In this document: positions 9,112 through 19,170 of the stretch, piece by piece | Position numbering within the stretch: position 1 is the stretch's first letter | How the letters are laid out: each line of letters opens with the position of its first letter | DNA from: Shigella phage MK-13 | Sequence record: MK509462 | Length of the DNA stretch: 64,000 bases | Reading direction: 5' to 3' (one strand) | The notes under the pieces: model-generated | Seen by the model: only the letters and a program-made list of their open reading frames with translations | What the model was told of the DNA's origin: nothing | Databases searched by the model: none | Position numbers and translations under genes: made by a program

Positions 9112-10620
9112 ATGGCAGACATTCAGATTGTTAAGGTTAACGAAGTCCGCATGCGTTGCATCGCAGATCTTTCTATCAGGGAAGAGCTGAATGACTACTT
9201 CAAATTCGAAGACCCGAACTTCGTTCCCAACCCCTTCTCTAAATGGGACGGGGTTGTTCGCTTGTTCACCAAGTCATCCGGTCTGATTGATATCGGCCTA
9301 CTGTTTGAGGTGTTCAAGTTCTGCAAGAACAACAAATACACCATTGAACTGGATCCGGCTCTGAAGTACATTCAGGACATCCCAGATCAAGAAATCCATG
9401 ACTTCATCGACAGTCTCCATCCAAAGATCCGCACCGAAAATCACGAATACATCGATGCTGAGACCCGCGACTATCAGTACGACACCATCGCCAAGGCTAT
9501 GCGTCAAACCAGATGCGTCTGTGAACTGGCTACGAGTGCTGGTAAGTCCTTTATTCTGTATGTCATGGCGCGGTACTACAGGCAGCGCAGAGAAGCTCTC
9601 GAAAGTCCTCTGAAGACGCTTATCGTGGTGCCGTCGATTCACCTGGTCACTCAGCTGTACGACAACTTTGAAGAGTACGCACACGGCAGCGATTGGAAGC
9701 CCGTTGCCAACACTCAGTTGATCTTTGAGGGCGCGACAAAGGAAATCAGCAAACCAATCGTCATCAGTACATGGCAGGGCATTCAAGACCAGCCGAAAGA
9801 ATGGTTCCACCAGTTCGGTGACATCGTGGTGGATGAAGTGCACACCTCCAAGTCTGAGAAACTGTCCTACATCCTCAACAACTGCATCTACGCCGACCAG
9901 CGCCTGGGGGTTACAGGTACGCTGTCGAACACCAAAGTTGCCGGGCTTCAGGTGGTGGCTCACTTCGGGGCGTACCATAAGATCATCACGGCTCGCGACC
10001 TTATCAATCTCGGGTACGCCACTGACATCAAAGTGAAGATGATTCAGCTGAAGCACACTCCGGCGGATGCTGTTGGTCTGGACGGGGATTATACCAAGGA
10101 AATAGAATACCTTATTACACACCAGTCCCGCAACGAACTGATCGCCAAGATGGCACTGAATCTGAAAGGGAACGTGGCCATCATGTTCGAGCGTATTGAC
10201 GCCCACATGATGGTTGTGTACGATATGCTGAGCGCAGTCAAGCCCAACGTGTTTGTCATCAACGGGGAAGTGAAGATCGAAGACCGCCGCCGCATACAGA
10301 AAGCGATGGAGGATGGAGAGGATATCACGTTGTTGGCTTCATACGGGACAATGCAACAGGGTGTGTCAATCAAGAAGCTACACCACCTTGTACTGGCGCA
10401 CCCGAGCAAGTCATATATCCGCGTCATACAGACATTGGGTCGTCTGATGCGTCAGCACTCCTCCAAGGACGTCGCGTGGATATGGGACTTAGTGGATGAT
10501 GTGTCGTACAACGCCAGCACGAACCACGCTATCAGGCACTCTCATGAGCGATACAAGTTCTACCTGACAGAGCGCCACCCTGTGGAGTTCATGAAGGTGG
10601 CGCTGGGTAATCACGACTGA
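9112..10620 (+). CDS. uvsW: UvsW SF2 DNA helicase
   Basis: Colinear similarity to T4 UvsW: N-terminal domain, Walker A ATSAGKS, DEVH box, VTGTLS, helicase C motifs. Confidence 0.9.
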   Translation: MADIQIVKVNEVRMRCIADLSIREELNDYFKFEDPNFVPNPFSKWDGVVRLFTKSSGLIDIGLLFEVFKFCKNNKYTIELDPALKYIQDIPDQEIHDFIDSLHPKIRTENHEYIDAETRDYQYDTIAKAMRQTRCVCELATSAGKSFILYVMARYYRQRREALESPLKTLIVVPSIHLVTQLYDNFEEYAHGSDWKPVANTQLIFEGATKEISKPIVISTWQGIQDQPKEWFHQFGDIVVDEVHTSKSEKLSYILNNCIYADQRLGVTGTLSNTKVAGLQVVAHFGAYHKIITARDLINLGYATDIKVKMIQLKHTPADAVGLDGDYTKEIEYLITHQSRNELIAKMALNLKGNVAIMFERIDAHMMVVYDMLSAVKPNVFVINGEVKIEDRRRIQKAMEDGEDITLLASYGTMQQGVSIKKLHHLVLAHPSKSYIRVIQTLGRLMRQHSSKDVAWIWDLVDDVSYNASTNHAIRHSHERYKFYLTERHPVEFMKVALGNHD

Positions 10621-10988
10621 TCTTGATTCACATAGGCGGGGGTGGCCTCGCCTTCATCAGATACTGCGCCGAACAATTTGTCCAGAGAAACCAGACATTG
10701 TGCGTTCAGGTGTTCACTGATAGTGTCCTTCAGCATTTGTTCGCTGCCCAATTTGAATGGCAGAACCTTCGCTTCGACGCCGTTTTCAAACGTCACCACA
10801 CCGACATACAGACCAACTTTCAGGCCTGCCATCAAACCCAGAGGGACAAATCGCGGCTCCGATGGTAAGTTCTTGTCTGACGCCAGCTGCGCCAGATAAA
10901 CTGGGGTGCCTGTGACAAATTGCCCTGCGGTGAGGATGGCGTCTGGCTTACTGCATCCGACCGCATATAATCCTACGAACTGTTTCAT
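10611..10988 (-). CDS. hypothetical protein (125 aa)
   Basis: Minus-strand ORF with GAGAG RBS, convergent with uvsW. Confidence 0.4.
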   Translation of the reverse strand: MKQFVGLYAVGCSKPDAILTAGQFVTGTPVYLAQLASDKNLPSEPRFVPLGLMAGLKVGLYVGVVTFENGVEAKVLPFKLGSEQMLKDTISEHLNAQCLVSLDKLFGAVSDEGEATPAYVNQDQS

Positions 10989-11328
10989 ATATTACTCTCG
11001 TGTGTTGGTTAACATGACATACATATTATTTCGCGTGCATGTTTAGACCAAATAAATTAATTTTGCTGTTGAATAAAAATTGCTTTCCTGTTGAACAAAT
11101 GGCGCGGTATTATACGAGTTGTGAGTGTTAACGAACAACGAGTATTTGTTTTATGAGCGAAGCGAATAGGATTAATAAAGGTTATTATCTTTAATAAAGT
11201 CCATAAATGCCGAAGGCATTTATTAATAACGCGTAGCGCAATTTGCCACTTGTTCTATAAGCACAACACAGCGATACTAGATTGCGTCAAACATGACTTG
11301 AACCCCACTATATTTTGAGGATACATAA

Positions 11329-11997
11329 ATGCAAGAGATCACTCTCTCCGAACGTACACTCCAGTTGCTGGCCAACTTTGAGACCATCAACCCATCTATC
11401 GTTCTGACACCGGGTAAGATGCTGCGCAGCATTAACGATTCGTCTACTGTTATCGCCGTGGCACAGATCGAAGAAGACTTCCCGTTTGAGTTCCCTATCC
11501 TGGACCTGACCAAACTTCTGGCCATCCAGCGCCTGCCTTCCTTCAAAGGCGGTAAAGCCGAATTCCATCAGGACTACATCCTGTTGAAAGGCGAAAGCTC
11601 TCAGCTGCAATTCTGGCGTTCTGCTAAAGAACTCACTGTTGTTCCGGCTGACACCATTGAACTGCCGTCTGTCGACTTTGAAGCGATCATCACTCCAGAG
11701 AAGATGAAAGAACTGACCCGCGCCTGTTCTACCCTCGGTCACAAGACTGTGCGCCTGGTTGCTCAGGGTGGCAAAACTCGTCTGGTTGCAACCACCACTA
11801 CCCTGGATAACTCCAACAACTACACCGTTGAGCTGGGTGAAACCGCGCTGCCGGACTTCGTCATGCCACTGGACGTTGCCAACCTGAAGATGATCGAAGG
11901 CAACTACACTCTGCGTGCCTGCGCTGAGCTGCAGATGGTGAACTTCCAATCATCCGACGCGACGATCAATTACTTCGTCGGCGCACAGATTGAGTAA
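11329..11997 (+). CDS. sliding clamp, gp45-like
   Basis: Length and sequence pattern match T4 gp45; precedes gp44/gp62 as in T4. Confidence 0.9.
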   Translation: MQEITLSERTLQLLANFETINPSIVLTPGKMLRSINDSSTVIAVAQIEEDFPFEFPILDLTKLLAIQRLPSFKGGKAEFHQDYILLKGESSQLQFWRSAKELTVVPADTIELPSVDFEAIITPEKMKELTRACSTLGHKTVRLVAQGGKTRLVATTTTLDNSNNYTVELGETALPDFVMPLDVANLKMIEGNYTLRACAELQMVNFQSSDATINYFVGAQIE

Positions 11998-12078
11998 TCA
12001 ATCTCCAGCCTGATGCTATAATGTGTGGGCGGGGGCGTTCCCCGCCTATTTGAAATGATTCTTCTACACGAGGCTGAA

Positions 12079-13068
12079 ATGTCTAATATCACTATCGTTT
12101 CCGACCAGTACGCATGGGAAAACAAGTACCGCCCTGACAACCTGGACGAGATCATCATCCCTCAAGACGTCCGCGCTAAAATCCATGGCTACATTACCAG
12201 TGGCAACGGTAACATCCCGTCTATGCTGTTCTACTCCCCTCAGCCTGGTACTGGCAAGACTACCTCTGCCCTGGCCGTGTGTAATGAAATCGGCTGTAAG
12301 CAACCACTGATGATCAACGCATCCCTGGACAACAGCATCGACGTTATCCGTGACCGCGTGATTCAGTACTCTACTGGTGTGAGTGTATTCGGTGGCCGCA
12401 AAGTCGTTATCCTCGACGAAGTAGAGCGTCTGTCTATGGCGGCACAGGAGTCGCTGAAGGGTATTGTGGAGAAGGTCTCCAAGAACTGTTCATTCATCCT
12501 GACCACCAACGCCAAGCAACGTGTGAACGAACCTCTGCGCTCTCGTTGCCGTGAAATCGACTTTATCTGGAATGAGACCGAGGCTGATGAGGTAAAACTT
12601 CAGTTCATGCGCCGCTGTGCTGAAATCCTTCGCAGCGAAGGTGTTGAGTATGACCCTCCTGTGTTGGCTGCTATTGTCAAACGTCATTTCCCCGATAACC
12701 GCCGCATCATGGGTGCCCTACAGGATAACGTCACCACCTACGGCAAGATCGATGAACGCGCCCTCGCCGTATTGAAATCTGCCGACATGGGTGTGTTGGT
12801 TGATATGCTGAAAGGCAATGACTGGGCTGGCATGAAGCAGTGGGTGACTGACAACCAGAACTACATCACCGAAGACTTCTATTCCCGCTTCTTCCAGTTC
12901 TGTGTACCACAGGATAAAGAGAAGCCGATGCTGGTTCAGAATGAGTCTATCCCTGATCTGGTATGCGTATGTGGTCAGTCTCAGATTGAACACCGTCAGG
13001 TCGGCGATGTCTGGCTGCATGCTGTGTTTTTCCTGACCAACGTCATGCTCAACATCAAGTGGAAGTGA
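12079..13068 (+). CDS. clamp loader large subunit, gp44-like (AAA+)
   Basis: Walker A PQPGTGKTT, DEVE box, SRC motif; T4 gp44-like N-terminus. Confidence 0.9.
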   Translation: MSNITIVSDQYAWENKYRPDNLDEIIIPQDVRAKIHGYITSGNGNIPSMLFYSPQPGTGKTTSALAVCNEIGCKQPLMINASLDNSIDVIRDRVIQYSTGVSVFGGRKVVILDEVERLSMAAQESLKGIVEKVSKNCSFILTTNAKQRVNEPLRSRCREIDFIWNETEADEVKLQFMRRCAEILRSEGVEYDPPVLAAIVKRHFPDNRRIMGALQDNVTTYGKIDERALAVLKSADMGVLVDMLKGNDWAGMKQWVTDNQNYITEDFYSRFFQFCVPQDKEKPMLVQNESIPDLVCVCGQSQIEHRQVGDVWLHAVFFLTNVMLNIKWK

Positions 13069-13072
13069 TACT

Positions 13073-13495
13073 ATGGCCGCCCCTGGATTGTTCGATTACC
13101 TGGCTGCTCTGAACAGCAGCAAAGAAAACCTTCTGCAGTCTGATGACCCAGAAGTGTTGAAAGGATTCGACCCGTTTATGACGCGGCGTGGTTTAGCTCA
13201 GAGCAAAGACACTCTGGTGACTGCACAGCAGATGAACAAGCTGCATGCCGTTACTCCATGGATGCAATGGTCATATGCCTTTCACACCATTCCGGCGCGG
13301 AAACGCTACGACAAATGGTCTAAGAAAGGTCCGATTGATCCTGACGTGAAGTTGCTCTCCGAGTACTTCTACATCAGCATGGAGAAGGCATCCGAGTACG
13401 TCCGTTTCTTGCCGAAGGAAGTCCTGGCCGAGATACGCGAGAAGATGGGACGTACTGAGCTGAACGCCAAAGCGAAACCGCGCAAGGCTAAGTAG
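13073..13495 (+). CDS. clamp loader small subunit, gp62-like
   Basis: Position after gp44 and block ARKRYDKWSKK resembling T4 gp62 RGKRYGKWAKL. Confidence 0.75.
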   Translation: MAAPGLFDYLAALNSSKENLLQSDDPEVLKGFDPFMTRRGLAQSKDTLVTAQQMNKLHAVTPWMQWSYAFHTIPARKRYDKWSKKGPIDPDVKLLSEYFYISMEKASEYVRFLPKEVLAEIREKMGRTELNAKAKPRKAK

Positions 13496-13524
13496 TTCAA
13501 ACTATTGTAAAAGGGGAATGAGTC

Positions 13525-13989
13525 ATGGCGCGCAATACGCTAGACATATTGAACATTTCAGCCGTCAACGATGAGGCCAGCATCGTTGATTGTATGGTTG
13601 AAGTTCAATTGAACCAAGATCGGCCAGGAATATTCCTGGGGATCAAGGAAACACTGAGCCGAATTGGGGTAAACACGCGCCAAGAGCCGAATACTCTGTA
13701 TCAGACTTGTCATATTCTTCACAAGTATGGCAAGTATTATATCGTCCACTTCAAGCATCTGTTTATGCTGGACGGGCATTACAACGGGTTTAACCGCGAA
13801 GATGTCCTGAGGATGAACCGCATCATCAAGCTGCTCGAGCAGTGGAATATGGTGAAGGTCATTCATCCCGAGCAGGTCACCGAAGCCGCCGATATGTCAC
13901 GCATTAAAGTGGTTAAACACGATCAGGTTCCTGAATGGAAGCTGGTTCCAAAATACATTATCCGGCCTACAAAGGCCAAAAGCGAATAA
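13525..13989 (+). CDS. regA: translational repressor RegA
   Basis: Strong similarity to T4 RegA (LYQTCHILHKYGKYYIVHFKHLF...EWKLVPKYIIRP). Confidence 0.85.
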   Translation: MARNTLDILNISAVNDEASIVDCMVEVQLNQDRPGIFLGIKETLSRIGVNTRQEPNTLYQTCHILHKYGKYYIVHFKHLFMLDGHYNGFNREDVLRMNRIIKLLEQWNMVKVIHPEQVTEAADMSRIKVVKHDQVPEWKLVPKYIIRPTKAKSE

Positions 13990-14005
13990 CTGGAGTCGCT
14001 AAATC

Positions 14006-14875
14006 ATGACAACTACATTTTCTAAGAACGTGAATCTGAATCTGGCTTTCGGTAATGCAAAGGGCGATGTCACATCGCCCGACTTTGGTAAGATCCGCAA
14101 TCAGGCGAAACTGGTGCTGGAAGAGACCCGTGAACTGTTGGAGGCGGCGTACTACGATTGCGATGTGAAACTGGATCTGGTGCTCACACCTAAACAAGAA
14201 CCTTACCAGACCAGAACCATTCAGGAAATCCTGAAGGATATCATGGACGCCCAGGGTGATATCACCACTGTCAACGACGGTGTGGCTCATATTGCTGGTT
14301 TCGACGGTGACGAATGCTTACAGCGCGTGTATGCCTCTAACATGAGCAAGTTCATTCGTAATGAAGGTGAAGTTGTGCCTGCACTGGATTACTACTACAA
14401 CAAAGGCTTCCCACGCGAAAGTCTGCGCATCGAAGGGGAATTCCCCCAGGCGTGCATCAAAGTGGTAGACACCATCACCGTCGACGGCAAAGAGTACCCG
14501 GCTGGTAAGTTCCTGAAGAACATGGCAACCTTCAAAGAGCCGGACTTCAGTGATATGCTGACCACCGAGCCTAAGCGCCAGATCACCGAAATCATTCTGA
14601 CGGGCACGGCTACCCCAGGTCGACTCGGATGCAACGAACACGCTGGTGTTGCCTTCGCTCCGTTCGACTTTGTTGACGAGATCGTGGGATACACCAAGAT
14701 GGGCTTCCAGGCGTTCTCTGGCGAAACAGTCGAGAGTTATATTCCCGTGTTTGTTTTCAATGAAGACAACTTCCCAACTCTACCGTTGATCTGGGGTGAA
14801 TGGAAAGCCAACGTCCGTATCTATGTGGCCAGCCCAGTGCAATCATCTATCACCCAGCTGACCCGTATCGATTAA
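14006..14875 (+). CDS. hypothetical protein; N-terminus possibly MazG/gp56-like all-alpha NTP pyrophosphatase
   Basis: LVLEETRELLEAAYYD resembles the EExxE metal-binding helix of MazG-type enzymes; rest unassigned. Confidence 0.3.
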   Translation: MTTTFSKNVNLNLAFGNAKGDVTSPDFGKIRNQAKLVLEETRELLEAAYYDCDVKLDLVLTPKQEPYQTRTIQEILKDIMDAQGDITTVNDGVAHIAGFDGDECLQRVYASNMSKFIRNEGEVVPALDYYYNKGFPRESLRIEGEFPQACIKVVDTITVDGKEYPAGKFLKNMATFKEPDFSDMLTTEPKRQITEIILTGTATPGRLGCNEHAGVAFAPFDFVDEIVGYTKMGFQAFSGETVESYIPVFVFNEDNFPTLPLIWGEWKANVRIYVASPVQSSITQLTRID

Positions 14876-14944
14876 GATATACAGTTATTCACTAAACAAC
14901 AGAGGCTATAATGGCCTCTGTTTTTCGTATTCTAAGAGGATACC

Positions 14945-16165
14945 ATGAAAGATAAAGCCCTGGACGTCCCGTACTGCGGTGTCCGTGAAGAAAAGATAAA
15001 GTCGGCCAAACCGGTTCTCAGTCCGACCCATACCCGCCTTTCTTACGAATGGATGAGCGAGCGCTATAAGATCCACGTCAAGAAGGACGTCCAGCGTCTT
15101 CCTGCTCCTTGGACGAATAATCCTATACTACGGCAGGTCAAGTTCTGTAACGTCCGGAGAGAGCACGACAGGCAGTCTCTTAACCTGATCAACAACATCG
15201 TCAACAACGATGCTCTGGGTATGGCAGACAAGATGTTTAACTGCGTGCTGTTCCGCATGTTCAACCTCTGGGATCCGATCCAGGCTATCGGCGGCGCGAT
15301 GGCGATCAAAGAATTCGCCAAGATCAACCTTGACGCAACCCGCGAACGACTTCAGAAGTTCGAGGCCGACGGCGGCAAGGTGTTCACCAATGCCTTCAAC
15401 ACAGGCGGCCTGAAGCAATGCCTGGCTTTCCCTGAGCTGGTTGTCAACCACAAAGAGCAGCGCTTCGGTGGGATGATGGTGAACCTGATCTGTAAGGACG
15501 GTTCGACCCAGAACATGGATTATAAGGAAGCCAAGGCTATTGCTGAAGCAGAGCCGGACTTCTACACCATAGAAGGCTGGGAGCCGTACATGCCAATGCG
15601 TGTCATCCGTTCCCTGAAGGCATTCGTCAACAAGTATCCAAATTACTTCCATGACCTACTGCGCCTTGGTACTCCTCTGGAAGTATACCAGCGCATGTAC
15701 GACGACATCGAAGGTCTTGGTCCATTCCTGGCCTATCAGATCTGGGTTGATTTCACGTACATGCCTGGTTATCCGTTCAGTGAGAACCACTTCACGATCG
15801 CCGGACCGGGCTGTCGCGCAGGTATTGATCTGCTGTTCCTGAACAAGGACGGCATGACTCACGAAGAATGCATATTCTGGCTACGGGATAATCAGGACGC
15901 AGTATACTCCCAATATGGGTATGTTCGCGAGCAATTCTGGTCGGCCGAAGAGCCTGTAGACCAATGCATGAACGTTATGCAGCTGGAGAACATGTTCTGT
16001 GAACTGAGCAAGTACACTCGCTGTGTTGAGGCGGTTGGGCGCGGTGAAAAACCTCGGGGCAAGGTCAGCTATGACGGCGGTGGGGAATACAAAAAGCGCT
16101 GTGATGAAGTCGTGCTCAAACGTGGTTCCGTCAATTTGCTGGACCGTTTGAAGAAACCTGAATAA
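14945..16165 (+). CDS. hypothetical protein (406 aa)
   Basis: Long ORF with AGAGGA RBS; no motif recognised. Confidence 0.6.
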   Translation: MKDKALDVPYCGVREEKIKSAKPVLSPTHTRLSYEWMSERYKIHVKKDVQRLPAPWTNNPILRQVKFCNVRREHDRQSLNLINNIVNNDALGMADKMFNCVLFRMFNLWDPIQAIGGAMAIKEFAKINLDATRERLQKFEADGGKVFTNAFNTGGLKQCLAFPELVVNHKEQRFGGMMVNLICKDGSTQNMDYKEAKAIAEAEPDFYTIEGWEPYMPMRVIRSLKAFVNKYPNYFHDLLRLGTPLEVYQRMYDDIEGLGPFLAYQIWVDFTYMPGYPFSENHFTIAGPGCRAGIDLLFLNKDGMTHEECIFWLRDNQDAVYSQYGYVREQFWSAEEPVDQCMNVMQLENMFCELSKYTRCVEAVGRGEKPRGKVSYDGGGEYKKRCDEVVLKRGSVNLLDRLKKPE

Positions 16166-16280
16166 AGATTCCCTTTACTTCATTCTTCAATAACTTTTTT
16201 CAACGTATTATTGACCTCACTTAAACGAAGCGCCCTGGCAAACGGGGCGCACATTTGAACTGAAACAGGAAGACTACATC

Positions 16281-18299
16281 ATGTCAGAATTTAAGCCCTT
16301 CGCAGTAGCCGTAAACAATAATGTGCTGGCCATGTCAGCAACTGGTCTGTTCATGACCAACATCGATAAAGATGCTCTGTGGGATCTGTACCTGAACTCT
16401 TTCCCTGCTGGCACCAACCCGCTCTACCGTGAGCGCACCGAGCACGACTGCACCTGCTGTAAACAATTCATCCGTAACATCGGCGGTGTGGTGACCATCG
16501 ACGCCGACCTGAACGTGATCTCTATCTGGGATAACATTCAGCTGGGTAACGAATACGACGTTGTCGCTGCGGCGCTGTCTGCGTATGTCAAGCAACACGC
16601 AATCGTCGACGTGTACTTCAACGATACCAAGAAAGTCGGTGTTGAGTCGAATCACGAAATGAAAGACGGTAATGTCCGCACCTACAACCACTTCCACACC
16701 GACCTGCTGCCCAGCTATGTTCTGCGGGCTGATGCCATCGCTTCTAAGAAGGGTGAAATCCGCCAGGCGATTGAAGTGTTTGAGCGCGGCCTGCGTGAAC
16801 TGTCTCTGGAATCGGCCGAAATCGTTCTGGAACTGATTGATCAGAATTCTCTGTATCGTGGTGAAGAGCACAAAGCTGCTGTGCAGGCGTTCGTGACGAG
16901 CAAGACCATGTACGAACAAACTGCAGAAGAGAAACGCGCTCTGTGGGCTTGGCGTACTGGCTACCGTGCAAACGGACACACCCCTCACGGCATCCGCAAT
17001 ACCGTGATTGGCTCTCTGTTGGTAGACCTCAATGAAGGTCGGGATCTGGAAACCGCCGTGAAGTCCTTTGAAGCCAAAGTCGCTCCGACGAACTACAAGC
17101 GCCCAACCGCGCTGGTCACGAAGTCCATGATTGAAAACGCGCAGAAAGAAGTCGAAGCGCTGGGTCTGACTGATTCACTGGGTCGCCGTTATGCCGTGTA
17201 TGACGATCTGACCATCAACAACGTTTTGTTTGCCGACCTGGCAGCACAGAAGAAGATGGACCCGTTTGCTCAGCTGGCGTCTGAAGTGAAGACTCCGACC
17301 AAGTCCCTGGACAAGGTTGAAGAGATCACCATCGACGACTTCCTGACCAACGTGTTGCCAAAGGCGCATTCCCTGGAAGTGCTGGTTGAGAACTCTCACA
17401 CTGGCAACCTGATGTCCCTGATCGCCCCGGCTACGGTGGGTGCTCCTAACCTGTTCAAGTGGAACAACGGCTTCAGCTGGTCATACAATGGCGAAGTGGC
17501 CGACTCCATCAAAGAGCGCGTGAAGACAGCAGGCGGCAACGTCGACAGCTTCCTCCGTGTGTCGCTGGCGTGGCATAACAACGACGACCTGGATCTGAGC
17601 CTGAACGATCCTCTTCACAACCACGTGTATTTCAACAACCGTCGTTCGGCAACTGGTGCAACCCTGGACATCGACATGAACGGTATGGACGGTATTGACC
17701 CGAACCGCCGTCCGGTGGAGAACATCTTCTTCAGCGATGAACGCAAGCTGCGTGACGGGAACTATGAGTTCTATGTCACCAACTACAGCAAGCGCGAAAC
17801 CTGCGATGTGGGCTTCGAAATCGAAGTTGAATACAAAGGCCAGACCAAGCGCTTCTCGCATCCTGGTCTGGGTAACAAAGACCGCACGTTGGCTGTTGTG
17901 GTTCAGGTACGCGCTGGTCAGGTGGTCGACATCAGTTCTACCCTGAAAGACGACGCTCGCTCTCAGGAAATCTGGGGCATCAAGACCTCCGTCTTCCAGA
18001 AGGTACAGCTGGTTCTGAACTCACCAAACCATTGGGACGGCGAGCAGACGGGCAACAAGCACGTGTTCTTCATCCTGGAAGGTTGTGCTAACCCTGTCGG
18101 CACCCGTGGCTTCTACAACGAATATCTGAAGCCGGAACTTGATAAACACCGCAAGGTTTTTGAAATGTTAGGTGGTAAGATTAAAGTACAGCCAAGCACT
18201 GAGCAGCTGTCCGGTCTGGGCTTCTCTACCACCCAACGCAACCACGTGTTCGTGAAGGTGAGCGGCTCGTTCAACCGCACTGTGAAAGTTGTGTTCTAA
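16281..18299 (+). CDS. hypothetical large protein (672 aa) with N-terminal Cys cluster
   Basis: Long ORF with AGGAAG RBS; HDCTCCKQF motif; no catalytic family recognised. Confidence 0.6.
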   Translation: MSEFKPFAVAVNNNVLAMSATGLFMTNIDKDALWDLYLNSFPAGTNPLYRERTEHDCTCCKQFIRNIGGVVTIDADLNVISIWDNIQLGNEYDVVAAALSAYVKQHAIVDVYFNDTKKVGVESNHEMKDGNVRTYNHFHTDLLPSYVLRADAIASKKGEIRQAIEVFERGLRELSLESAEIVLELIDQNSLYRGEEHKAAVQAFVTSKTMYEQTAEEKRALWAWRTGYRANGHTPHGIRNTVIGSLLVDLNEGRDLETAVKSFEAKVAPTNYKRPTALVTKSMIENAQKEVEALGLTDSLGRRYAVYDDLTINNVLFADLAAQKKMDPFAQLASEVKTPTKSLDKVEEITIDDFLTNVLPKAHSLEVLVENSHTGNLMSLIAPATVGAPNLFKWNNGFSWSYNGEVADSIKERVKTAGGNVDSFLRVSLAWHNNDDLDLSLNDPLHNHVYFNNRRSATGATLDIDMNGMDGIDPNRRPVENIFFSDERKLRDGNYEFYVTNYSKRETCDVGFEIEVEYKGQTKRFSHPGLGNKDRTLAVVVQVRAGQVVDISSTLKDDARSQEIWGIKTSVFQKVQLVLNSPNHWDGEQTGNKHVFFILEGCANPVGTRGFYNEYLKPELDKHRKVFEMLGGKIKVQPSTEQLSGLGFSTTQRNHVFVKVSGSFNRTVKVVF

Positions 18300-18343
18300 A
18301 CCTGATTTGAAATTGTAACCCATTCATCATTGAGGATAGTAAA

Positions 18344-18715
18344 ATGTTTGATAAAGCAACCCGTCTGAAACTGCGCTTCGAATCCAACAAAGGTCTGCTG
18401 TCTGTTGAGCAGGTCTGGGATCTGAGCCTGACTGCCCTGAACGAAATGGCGAAAAGCCTGAGCCGTCAGGTGAAGGCAGCGGAAACCGATGAAGAAGATT
18501 TCATCGGCACCAAAAGCAACGTTGACTCCGAACTGCAGCTGCGCTTCGACGTTGTCAAGCACATCATCGGCGTTAAGCTGAAAGAGCGTGACGACAGCAA
18601 AGACGCGGCAGAGCGTAAGGCGAACAACCAGGTTATCCTGGAGCTGATCCAGCGTAAGAAACAGCAGGAGCTGGAAGGCAAATCTGTTGAAGAACTGGAA
18701 GCGCTGCTGAAATAA
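18344..18715 (+). CDS. hypothetical charged helical protein (123 aa)
   Basis: ORF with GAGGA RBS, followed by terminator. Confidence 0.5.
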   Translation: MFDKATRLKLRFESNKGLLSVEQVWDLSLTALNEMAKSLSRQVKAAETDEEDFIGTKSNVDSELQLRFDVVKHIIGVKLKERDDSKDAAERKANNQVILELIQRKKQQELEGKSVEELEALLK

Positions 18716-18730
18716 CCTGTCGGCCTGAGC

Positions 18731-18757
18731 AACCCCGCCATGTGCGGGGTTTCTTTT
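18731..18757 (+). terminator. rho-independent terminator
   Basis: aaccccgccatgtgcggggtt followed by T-run. Confidence 0.7.
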
Positions 18758-18768
18758 GGACAAAGAAT

Positions 18769-19170
18769 ATGAAACCTGTCATCTGTGATTACTGCGGCCT
18801 CCCAGCCGAATTCGTCGGTGGTGACGTCCTCCACCCTCATCGCCCTGACCTCCGCAATCTGAAGTTCTGGGTATGCACTCCATGTGGCGCTCGCGTCGGT
18901 TGCCATGCCCATGGCGACGGTAGACAACCTCTGGGAAGGATGGCGAATGCCGCTCTCCGTGCCGAGAAGCGAAAAGCCCATAGATCGTTTGACCCATTGT
19001 GGAAAAGCGGAGAGAGGAGCAGGAGCGACGCTTACAGTTGGCTGGCGCATAAGCTGGGGATCAAGAAGCGTGATTGCCATATCGGCTTGTTCGATATCGA
19101 CATGTGCCGTAAAGTAGTTGTTGTATGCAACCAATTACGGGAAACACAGAATGGCAACCATCAATCGTAA
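18769..19170 (+). CDS. zinc-finger protein (Cys/His-rich, 133 aa)
   Basis: CDYC...C..CGARVGCH Cys/His cluster. Confidence 0.5.
   Translation: MKPVICDYCGLPAEFVGGDVLHPHRPDLRNLKFWVCTPCGARVGCHAHGDGRQPLGRMANAALRAEKRKAHRSFDPLWKSGERSRSDAYSWLAHKLGIKKRDCHIGLFDIDMCRKVVVVCNQLRETQNGNHQS

Noticed and set aside
9298-10206. 302-aa minus-strand ORF
   Set aside because: Antisense to the well-supported uvsW helicase gene; the + strand frame carries all helicase motifs.
11308-11949. 213-aa minus-strand ORF
   Set aside because: Antisense to the gp45 sliding clamp gene; the + strand product has clear homology.
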